Made by a program: the position numbers and the translations under genes. From assembly GCA_039806935.1 (NCBI GenBank), contig JBDHQH010000002.1, positions 33,872-97,871 of the forward strand: a stretch of 64,000 nt of DNA, written 5' to 3'. Origin of the DNA: Verrucomicrobiota bacterium (GTDB taxonomy: Bacteria; Verrucomicrobiota; Verrucomicrobiia; Limisphaerales; UBA8199). Positions within the stretch are counted from its first letter, which is position 1, and every line of letters starts with the position of its first letter. Positions 54,361-61,932 of this stretch are shown here, in pieces. The notes below the pieces were generated by a model, which saw only the letters and a list, made by a program, of their open reading frames with translations, ran no database searches and was not told the DNA's origin.

Positions 54361-55449
54361 ATGACTGTTCAAAGCCTGTTTACGACCCCGTCCGCCGGCG
54401 CGCTCGACCTGTTGTCGCTGGGAGCCCTAGTGCATCGGCTGGATCCCGGAGTGATCCCGTTTCGCAAAGCCGCCGCGTGCGAGATCCACGTCAGCGGCGG
54501 TGAGTTTAATGTGGCTGCGAACCTGGCGGACTGTTTTCGGCTGCGCACAGGGATCGTCAGCGCGATGGTGGATTATCCGTTGGGCGACCTGATCGCCGAG
54601 CGGGTGCGAGCCATGGGGGTGCGGCCTTTTTACAAGCACTTTCAGCACGATGGAGTGCGCGGACCCAACATGGCGGCAGTTTACAGCGACCGCGGGCAGG
54701 GCGTACGCGCTCCAGTAGTGTTTTACAACCGGTGCGACGAGGCCGCGGCGCGGTTGAAGCCCGGAGATTTCGATTGGAAGGGAATTTTTAGCGAGGGCGT
54801 CCGGTGGTTCCATAGCGGAGGCATCTTTGCCGCGCTTTCGCCGACGACCGCCGAGTTGATCATCGAAGCCATGCAGGCGGCTCGGCAAGCGGGCGCGGTG
54901 GTTTCCTTCGATTTAAACTACCGGGCCAAGCTTTGGAACAGCTCAGGCGGCCATGAGCGGGCGGTTGCCATCCTCGATCGCATCGTCAGGCAGGTGGATG
55001 TGCTGGTGGGGAACGAGGAGGATTTGCAAATGGGCCTGGGGATTCCGGGGCCTGAGGTGGCGGCCAAATCGAAGCTGGATCCGAGCGCGTTTCTGGCCAT
55101 GATCGGCCAGGTGACCCGGAAGCACCCGCATTTGAAGGTGCTGGCCACTACCCTGCGGGAAGTGCATTCCACCAATCGGCATAGTTGGAGCGCCGTGGCC
55201 TGGATCTGCGGCCGCACCCACGTGGCGCCCACCTGCGAATTGGACGTTCTGGACCGCGTGGGCGGCGGGGATGGATTTGCCTCGGGTTTGTTTTACGGTT
55301 TGTTGCAGGGGTTGCCGGAGGAGGAAGCGGTCAAGCTGGGCTGGGCGCATGGCGCGCTGCTGACCACTTTCCCGGGGGATACCACGATGGCGACGCTGGA
55401 GCAGGTCGCGGCGTTTGCCCAAGGCGGTTCCGCGCGGATTCAACGGTAA
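54361..55449 (+). CDS. PfkB-family sugar kinase (2-dehydro-3-deoxygluconokinase-like)
   Basis: GGEFNVAANLA near the N-terminus, and the C-terminal GGGDGFASGLFYGLL anion-hole motif. Confidence 0.8.
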   Translation: MTVQSLFTTPSAGALDLLSLGALVHRLDPGVIPFRKAAACEIHVSGGEFNVAANLADCFRLRTGIVSAMVDYPLGDLIAERVRAMGVRPFYKHFQHDGVRGPNMAAVYSDRGQGVRAPVVFYNRCDEAAARLKPGDFDWKGIFSEGVRWFHSGGIFAALSPTTAELIIEAMQAARQAGAVVSFDLNYRAKLWNSSGGHERAVAILDRIVRQVDVLVGNEEDLQMGLGIPGPEVAAKSKLDPSAFLAMIGQVTRKHPHLKVLATTLREVHSTNRHSWSAVAWICGRTHVAPTCELDVLDRVGGGDGFASGLFYGLLQGLPEEEAVKLGWAHGALLTTFPGDTTMATLEQVAAFAQGGSARIQR

Positions 55450-55450
55450 A

Positions 55451-55485
55451 TGACACAAAAAGAGCGGCGCCTCCCGGAGCCGCTC
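55451..55485 (-). terminator. Rho-independent-type terminator downstream of the wbp-like operon
   Basis: A 7-bp stem of GAGCGGC (55462-68) and GCCGCTC (55479-85). On the minus strand it is followed by TTTTTGTGTCA (55451-61). Confidence 0.45.
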
Positions 55486-55635
55486 CTGCCTTGAACGTTC
55501 TTCGCCCCATGACGAACGAAGAACTGGCTCAGGATACCCTGCGGCGTGTCTTCGGACTATTGGGGTGTTGCGCCTATTTTCCGGTCCGCGAGACCCCGGG
55601 TGAGCGGCGGTCGCACGGCGCGGCCCCATCCCGGT

Positions 55636-56943
55636 TCAGGCTTTCCACAATTGTCCGGGGCGGGTGGCGATGCCCGCCATGGCGTTCCGCGTGTCCACGA
55701 TGCACGGCGCCCAATCCGCCAACTCCTGATAATTCACGTTCGCGTGGTTGGTGGATATCAACACCAGATCGTAGCCGCTGATCGTCTCCTTGCTCCAGGC
55801 GACCGATTTGGTTCCTGCCCAATGGGGGTGTTCTCGGGTCGGCCGGATGACCGGGACGTAGGGGTCGTGGTAATCGATCCGGGCGCCGCGATTCTTGAGC
55901 ATCTCCATGAGCACATAGCTGGGAGATTCGCGCTCGTCATCCACGTTGGGCTTGTAAGCCAGTCCCAGCACCAGAATCGAGCTGCCATTGACCGACTTTT
56001 TCCGGTCGTTGAGCGCGTCGGCAACGCGATGCACCACGTATTCCGGCATCGCGGTGTTCACTTCCCCCGCCAACTCGATGAACCGGGTATGCTGACCATA
56101 CTCGCGGGCCTTCCAGGTCAGGTAAAACGGGTCGATAGGGATGCAATGCCCGCCCAGGCCGGGGCCCGGATAAAAGGCCATGAACCCGAACGGCTTGGTT
56201 TTGGCCGCCGCGATCACTTCCCAGACATCGATGCCCATCGCGCTATACACCACCTTCAACTCATTCACCAGCGCGATGTTTACGCTCCGAAACGTGTTCT
56301 CGAGCAACTTGGTCGCCTCGGCCACGCGGCAGGAAGTGACCGGCACCACCACCTTGACCGCGCGCGAGTAGAGTTCGGTGGCGCGTTGCAGGCAGGCGGG
56401 GGTGAGGCCGCCAACCACCTTGGGAATCAAGGAAACCTTGCTGTCCGGGTTGCCCGGATCTTCCCGCTCGGGCGAAAAAGCCAGGCAGAAATCGCGCCCC
56501 GCCTCCAGGCCGGAGCCAATCTCCAACACCTCGCGCAAATCCTCCTCGGTGGTGCCCGGGAAAGTCGTGGACTCGAGCACCACCAGCATGCCCTTGCGCA
56601 GATGCCGGGCAATGCTCTTGCCGGTATCCAGAATAAATGAAAGATCCGGCTCGCGGTTGGCGTTCAACGGCGTCGGCACGCAAATCACTACCGCGCTCAC
56701 ATCCTGGATCCGGCTGAAATCCGTCGAAGCCGAAAAGGCACCGGATTTGACCACCTCGCTGACCGTCTCCGGCGCGATGTGCTTGATGTAGCTGCGGCCC
56801 TGGTTCAAGGCGTCCACCTTCGAGGTGTCAATGTCCAGTCCGAGCACCGTGGCGCCCGAGCGGGCGAATTGAAACGACAACGGCAGCCCGACATAGCCGA
56901 GCCCGACAATGGCAATTTTCAGAGGTTCCTGTGTTTGTCCCAT
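55636..56943 (-). CDS. Nucleotide-sugar 6-dehydrogenase (UDP-GlcNAc/ManNAc dehydrogenase, WbpA/WecC-like)
   Basis: KIAIVGLGYVGLPL Rossmann motif, and the catalytic Cys region GPGLGGHCIPIDP. ATG 56943 is preferred over the track start at 57207, which overlaps the upstream gene. Confidence 0.9.
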   Translation of the reverse strand: MGQTQEPLKIAIVGLGYVGLPLSFQFARSGATVLGLDIDTSKVDALNQGRSYIKHIAPETVSEVVKSGAFSASTDFSRIQDVSAVVICVPTPLNANREPDLSFILDTGKSIARHLRKGMLVVLESTTFPGTTEEDLREVLEIGSGLEAGRDFCLAFSPEREDPGNPDSKVSLIPKVVGGLTPACLQRATELYSRAVKVVVPVTSCRVAEATKLLENTFRSVNIALVNELKVVYSAMGIDVWEVIAAAKTKPFGFMAFYPGPGLGGHCIPIDPFYLTWKAREYGQHTRFIELAGEVNTAMPEYVVHRVADALNDRKKSVNGSSILVLGLAYKPNVDDERESPSYVLMEMLKNRGARIDYHDPYVPVIRPTREHPHWAGTKSVAWSKETISGYDLVLISTNHANVNYQELADWAPCIVDTRNAMAGIATRPGQLWKA

Positions 56944-57017
56944 AAAGTGAGCGCAATAAGTAATCGTTCCGACGCGCGACATCAAGAGGCGGGAGGCATA
57001 CGGGGGCGTTTTCGCGG

Positions 57018-58136
57018 CTACCGCCCGAGGCTGGCTTTCAACGTCTCCGCCACAAACCGGATCTGGTCGGGCGTCAGCTCGGGATACATCGGCAGCGACA
57101 AAAACTCGCGGGCGCAGCGCTCGGCCACGGGGAAAGAGCCGGGGCCATAGCCGAGAAAAGCATAAGCCTTTTGCAGGTGGATGGGGACCGGGTAATGAAT
57201 CGAGCAATTCACGCCCCGGGCGGCCATGCGTTGCAGCACCCGGTCGCGGTGGGGCACCCGCACCGCGTAAATGTGATAGACGTGGGTGTTAAATTCACCC
57301 ACCGCCGGGCGGATGACGCGCGGTTCGTCCGCCAGCGCCTCGTCGTACAGGCGGGCGGCGGCGCGCCGGGCGGCATTGGCGGCCTGCAGGCGGCCGAGCT
57401 TCAGGCGCAGCACCGCGCCCTGGATGCCATCCATGCGCGAATTCCAGCCGATGGCGGTATGCGTGTATTTGGCGGCCCGCCCGTGATTGCGCAGCATCTC
57501 GATTTTGCTGTGCAATTCCCCGTCATTGGTGACCACCGCGCCGGCCTCGCCGAACGCGCCGAGATTGTTGCCCGGATAAAAGCTGAAACAACCCGTCGCC
57601 CCCAGGCTGCCGGCCAGCCGGGCTTTGTAATCCGCGCCGTGGGCGTGGCTGGCCTCCTCGACCACCGGCGTGCCGTGATGGCGCGCCACGGCGAGCAGCG
57701 AATCCATCTCGGCCATTTGTCCAAAGATATGCACGGGCACGATCGCCTGAGTGCGCAGGGTGATGGCTTGCTCCACCCGCGCCGGGTCGATCGTGTAGGT
57801 TCGCTCGTCGATGTCGGCAAAGACCGGTCGGGCGCCGCACAGGCTGATGGCCTCGGCAATCCCCATAAACCCGTTCGGCGCGGTGACCACCTCATCTCCC
57901 GGGCCAATCCCCAACGCCAGCAGGCTTAACCAAAGCGCCTCGGTGCCGCTGCCTACCCCGATCGCGTGCCGAGTTCCGCAAAACCGGCCAAAGGCCTCCT
58001 CGAACTCCCGCACAAACGGCCCGCCGGCAAAGGCGCCCGCCTCGGTCACCTGCTTGATCGCCTCCATGAGTTCCCCCATGATCGGCTGGTGTTGCACTCG
58101 CAGGTCTATGAACGGGACTTGCACGGCGGAGTTCAT
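57018..58136 (-). CDS. DegT/DnrJ/EryC1/StrS family aminotransferase (WbpE-like)
   Basis: VPFIDLRVQH, GVGSGTEAL, and a PLP-Lys-region pattern. Confidence 0.9.
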   Translation of the reverse strand: MNSAVQVPFIDLRVQHQPIMGELMEAIKQVTEAGAFAGGPFVREFEEAFGRFCGTRHAIGVGSGTEALWLSLLALGIGPGDEVVTAPNGFMGIAEAISLCGARPVFADIDERTYTIDPARVEQAITLRTQAIVPVHIFGQMAEMDSLLAVARHHGTPVVEEASHAHGADYKARLAGSLGATGCFSFYPGNNLGAFGEAGAVVTNDGELHSKIEMLRNHGRAAKYTHTAIGWNSRMDGIQGAVLRLKLGRLQAANAARRAAARLYDEALADEPRVIRPAVGEFNTHVYHIYAVRVPHRDRVLQRMAARGVNCSIHYPVPIHLQKAYAFLGYGPGSFPVAERCAREFLSLPMYPELTPDQIRFVAETLKASLGR

Positions 58137-58625
58137 CTACGCGGAAATCGGCCGTCTCAGCGGACGCGCCGGGTTGCCCGCGACGGTTGCCTCATCTGGA
58201 ACATCCTTGGTGACCACGCTCCCGGCGCCGATGATCGCCCTGCGCCCGATGGTCACTCCACACAAAATCGTGGCCCCCGAGCCAATGGACGCACCCTCCT
58301 TGACCAGGGTAGGAACACACCGCCAATCCGCCTCGGTCTGCAGGCGCCCATCCGGGTTGGTCGCGCGCGGGAAACGATCGTTGATAAACGTCACTCCGTG
58401 CCCCACGAAAACCTCGTCCTCGATCCGGACGCCCTCGCAAATAAACGTGTGGCTCGAAATTTTGCAGCGCCGGCCCACGCTGGCCCCTTTTTGGATCTCG
58501 ACAAAGGTGCCGATCTTGGAATCGTCCCCGACCGCGCAGCCGTAGAGATTCGTAAAGGCGTGGACCTTGACGCGCTCGCCCAGCTTGACGTCCGGGGCGA
58601 TCCTTTGGAAAAGCTGCTCGCTCAT
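58137..58625 (-). CDS. Left-handed beta-helix (hexapeptide) N-acetyltransferase (WbpD-like)
   Basis: Hexapeptide repeats (IGTFVEIQKGASVGRRCKISSHTFICEGVRIEDEVFVGHGV...). It abuts the aminotransferase start. Confidence 0.85.
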   Translation of the reverse strand: MSEQLFQRIAPDVKLGERVKVHAFTNLYGCAVGDDSKIGTFVEIQKGASVGRRCKISSHTFICEGVRIEDEVFVGHGVTFINDRFPRATNPDGRLQTEADWRCVPTLVKEGASIGSGATILCGVTIGRRAIIGAGSVVTKDVPDEATVAGNPARPLRRPISA

Positions 58626-58708
58626 GTCTGAATGACTCTGGTTGGACCCGCGCCAGGTCGCGTCACCTTTTCGACCGGCAGTCGCTCCGCGCGCATGCCA
58701 GGCCTCGG

Positions 58709-59851
58709 TCAGACGGAAACGATTCCGGGCTTTTCAGCCGCGCGGCTGCTTTCCGGTCCGTGCCCGTTGTGCCCATGGCCGTTGCCGTTTTGGCTGCGTC
58801 CATGGCCATTCCGAAAAACCGGCTGAGTCATGTCGATGGCCGCTCCCTTCAGCTTGAGCGACTCGCCCGACGCCTCCAGAATCCGCACGACCTCCAGACC
58901 CAGTTTTCCGCCGGTAATCGGTTCGGCGCCGTTCCGCGCGCATTCCAGAAAGTGATGCACCTCCAGCTTCAGCGGCTCGTCTTGCTTGATATACGGGACG
59001 TAAGCGTCGCCGTAATGATAGGAATATGTGAACTCGGCGAAGGTGTCGTAATGCGGCGGCACCTCGACCCGGGCATCATAAATTTTCAACTTTTCCAGCG
59101 GCTCGGTGTCATCATAGACGATCATTCGCTGCGACCCCACAATCGTCATCTGGCGAACCTTCTTCGGATCCAGCCAGCTATTGTGAATAAACGCGCAGCG
59201 ATTCTTGCGGAATTCCAGATGCATCATGGTGACATCCTCGATCCCGCGGCTCACATGGCTGCTCCCCTGGCAGGACACTTTCGCCGGCAACTCATCCAGC
59301 AAATAAAGCAAAATGGAAATGTCGTGCGGGGCTAAATCCCAGGCCACATTGATGTCTTTTTGAAACAGCCCGAGATTCAAGCGCCGCGCCGAGACGTACT
59401 GCACCTCGCCGATGTCGCCGGCGTCCACAATCTCCTTCATGCGGCGCACTGCCGGGGAAAACAGGAAGGTGTGCCCCACCATGAGCGTGAGGCCCTTTTC
59501 CCGCGCGAGAGCGACCAACTCCTCCGATTCGGCAGCCGTGCGCGTCATGGGTTTCTCGACGAACACATGTTTGCCGGCCAGCAGCGCGGCTTTGGCCATG
59601 TCAAAGTGAAACCGAACCGGCGTCGCCACGAAAATGGCGTCCAGCTCGGGGCGGCTCAGCACCTCCTGGAAATCCCGGGTCATGGCGACCTGCGGGTACA
59701 GGCGCTTCATGTGTTGGAGGCGCTGCTCGCTGGTGTCGCAAAGCACTTGCAGACGGCAATCTTGCGATTGGCTCAGGTTGCGGATCAGGTTCGGACCCCA
59801 ATACCCGCAGCCGACCACGCCGACATTTAAGATCTGTTTCTTTGTCATCAT
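58709..59851 (-). CDS. Gfo/Idh/MocA oxidoreductase (WbpB-like) with a His/Gly/Asn-rich C-terminal tail
   Basis: VGVVGCGYWGPN and EKPM motifs. The tail is FRNGHGRSQNGNGHGHNGHGPESS. The start overlaps the stop of the upstream transferase. Confidence 0.85.
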   Translation of the reverse strand: MMTKKQILNVGVVGCGYWGPNLIRNLSQSQDCRLQVLCDTSEQRLQHMKRLYPQVAMTRDFQEVLSRPELDAIFVATPVRFHFDMAKAALLAGKHVFVEKPMTRTAAESEELVALAREKGLTLMVGHTFLFSPAVRRMKEIVDAGDIGEVQYVSARRLNLGLFQKDINVAWDLAPHDISILLYLLDELPAKVSCQGSSHVSRGIEDVTMMHLEFRKNRCAFIHNSWLDPKKVRQMTIVGSQRMIVYDDTEPLEKLKIYDARVEVPPHYDTFAEFTYSYHYGDAYVPYIKQDEPLKLEVHHFLECARNGAEPITGGKLGLEVVRILEASGESLKLKGAAIDMTQPVFRNGHGRSQNGNGHGHNGHGPESSRAAEKPGIVSV

Positions 59852-60867
59852 AGGTTGGTGCTGCTCGGAATGGATTTGGCGATGGAAGCGACGGCGGACT
59901 CCTGGCTCTCCCCCCGCCGGCCGCGCAGTTTGCGGCACTGCCGGTACAGGGCTGGGAAGGTGCGGAACAGGATGGCAATATCCAACCAGACGCTCTGGCG
60001 TCGGCTGTACTCGATGTCCAATTCCACCATCCGCCGAAAAGTGGTTTCGTTCTTGCCGTTGACCTGCCAGAGACCGGTCAACCCGGGGACGGCGTCAAGC
60101 CGGCGACGCTGCCAGGGTTCGTATTGCTCGTATTCATACCGCAGGCATGGGCGCGGGCCCACCAAGCTCATTTCTCCACGGATGATGTTGATCAACTGCG
60201 GCAGCTCGTCCAGCCCGGTCGCCCGCAGCAGGCCGGCCAGCGGCGCCAACCGCGGATCCTGCCGGGCGTCCAGCTTCTCCATCGGTTGGTTGGACGTGAT
60301 CAGATGCCGGGTGTGCGCTTCGTGCGAGCGAGTCTCGGCGTCCACTTTCATGGTGCGAAACTTGAAGAGGGTGAACTCCGCGCCGCGATGGCCGATCCGC
60401 TTCTGGCGGAAGAACACTGGCCCTTTGGAGCCGAGCTTCACGATCAACGCCACCATGCCGCAAATGAGCAGCCAACCTGGAAAAATCAGCGCGATCAGCG
60501 CCAGATCCAATACTCGTTTGGAGGCGGGAAGCCGACCTGGCCGGCTGGCACTGATCCCCGCTCTCTCGATCCCTAGACTCACGACTTCGTTCATCAATTC
60601 AATTCCACGCACCCACCAGGCTTCGGCCATTTCCCCGCGGTGAGTCTCTGCCCATCCGCTCAGTGTTCTCTCGGGCCACTGAACCCTCGCCAAACCTGGC
60701 GCGTGATTACGTGCGTTTATGATCGTGCGGTCGTGAAATAGTGCAACTCCGCTCATTACGGAAACCGTGTCGGTGAAATTACGGAGCCGCTTCCCGAGGC
60801 AAGTACCCGGGTGCGCCAGTCGTCCGAAAAGCCAATCGAAGCCCGATATTTCCCCGAGGAATGCCAT
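59848..60867 (-). CDS. Polyprenyl-phosphate glycosyl-1-phosphate transferase (bacterial sugar transferase, WbaP/PglC family)
   Basis: KRVLDLALIAL...GPVFFRQKRIG...FKFRTM...DELPQLINIIRGEMSLVGPRP are hallmark motifs. ATG 60867 has a purine-rich AAGAG stretch upstream. Internal ATGs at 60630 and 60594 would give a more typical short form. Confidence 0.85.
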   Translation of the reverse strand: MAFLGEISGFDWLFGRLAHPGTCLGKRLRNFTDTVSVMSGVALFHDRTIINARNHAPGLARVQWPERTLSGWAETHRGEMAEAWWVRGIELMNEVVSLGIERAGISASRPGRLPASKRVLDLALIALIFPGWLLICGMVALIVKLGSKGPVFFRQKRIGHRGAEFTLFKFRTMKVDAETRSHEAHTRHLITSNQPMEKLDARQDPRLAPLAGLLRATGLDELPQLINIIRGEMSLVGPRPCLRYEYEQYEPWQRRRLDAVPGLTGLWQVNGKNETTFRRMVELDIEYSRRQSVWLDIAILFRTFPALYRQCRKLRGRRGESQESAVASIAKSIPSSTNL

Positions 60868-60887
60868 GATTCTCTTTCAGGCGGTCG

Positions 60888-61121
60888 CTAACACCCCGGC
60901 GACCCAATCATCGCCGGCCGTCCCTCTCCGGCGCTTAGCATGGCTTTCGCCCGAGGTTTGCCGCCGGTTTTATCGCCGGGTTGGGACACCCTTGATTGTT
61001 GCTCCTGTTTGGATAAGAATCGCTCATTATGCGCGGCGAAGCCGCTGCCAGCGGCGGCGGCCAGCGCCAGAGTGCAAACCAGGCTCAACCCGACCCAGCT
61101 TAATAATAACGTGATTAGCAC
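60888..61121 (-). CDS. Possible small membrane protein (77 aa)
   Basis: N-terminal hydrophobic helix MLITLLLSWVGLSLVCTLALAAAAG. It sits between the NusG-like gene and the transferase. No family recognised. Confidence 0.3.
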   Translation of the reverse strand: MLITLLLSWVGLSLVCTLALAAAAGSGFAAHNERFLSKQEQQSRVSQPGDKTGGKPRAKAMLSAGEGRPAMIGSPGC

Positions 61122-61164
61122 GCCGTTTATCCAAGCAAAACGTATGCCTGAAATCAGGTTTGCC

Positions 61165-61758
61165 TTAGATTAATTCCAAAAGATCCGCCTCGACCCGCAC
61201 CGCCGCAGCCTGATTGATGAAATCCAGGCGCAATATCACCGTCGTCATGCCCGAGCGCCGCTCCACATAGCCTTCAATGCCTTGCAACGGACCTCCCTTG
61301 ATCCGGACCCGCACCCCTTCCTCGACCGCAGGCGCCAAGCGAATCCCGACTCCAGCCTCCAAGGCCAATAAAATATCTTCCAATTGACTGCTAAACTTCT
61401 CTTGGTCAGATACTTCCAAAAGGCGCACCAGATGGTCGTTCAGCGCCGCCTCCCTCCGCGCGGGATCCAATCGCAAGAAAACGTAGCCCGGGAATAGCGG
61501 CTTCCGGAAGATCGCGGTTTTGCCGCGATATTTTTTCACGGAATCGTAGCACGGCAGCGTCACGGAGAGAGCGTTTCGGGAACAGGTTTCCGCGAATTTT
61601 TTTTCCCGGCGAGGCTTCGTGTGAGCAACAAACCAGCAGGTTTCCGACACTCGCAAAGCATTCAAACCACTCCGCCTTGTGTCAATGCGGCATATTTTGT
61701 CGGCGGTTGAGGCCCATACCTGCCTACTTATCAAGCACGCTGCCCAATTTGAGATCAT
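61165..61758 (-). CDS. NusG-family transcription antiterminator paralogue (RfaH/UpxY-like)
   Basis: WFVAHTKPRREKKF...FPGYVFL (NGN domain) and a KOW-like VRIKGGPLQGIEGYV. The true start is probably internal (GTG 61650, giving VSETCWFVAHTKP...). Confidence 0.75.
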   Translation of the reverse strand: MISNWAACLISRQVWASTADKICRIDTRRSGLNALRVSETCWFVAHTKPRREKKFAETCSRNALSVTLPCYDSVKKYRGKTAIFRKPLFPGYVFLRLDPARREAALNDHLVRLLEVSDQEKFSSQLEDILLALEAGVGIRLAPAVEEGVRVRIKGGPLQGIEGYVERRSGMTTVILRLDFINQAAAVRVEADLLELI

Positions 61759-61932
61759 CTGTGTCCCCTCCTGGGATAGATCAAAAACGGCTTCGGGGGA
61801 TCGCTTGGAATAAATTGCAATTTGTAAGAGCCTGTGGAGAAGCAGGTTATTACAAAAATCACCAACCTGATCGGCGCGTTACCATGTCCGTTGTGAGAAG
61901 TGGCAATCATTTTCCTATATCGCGGTCAGGTT

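Noticed and set aside
53911-54372. 153-aa minus ORF upstream of the ATPase
   Set aside because: Composition is junk-like, there are no motifs, and it spans the divergent promoter region.
55546-56640. 364-aa plus ORF
   Set aside because: It is antisense to the nucleotide-sugar dehydrogenase gene, which has a Rossmann motif and a catalytic Cys motif.
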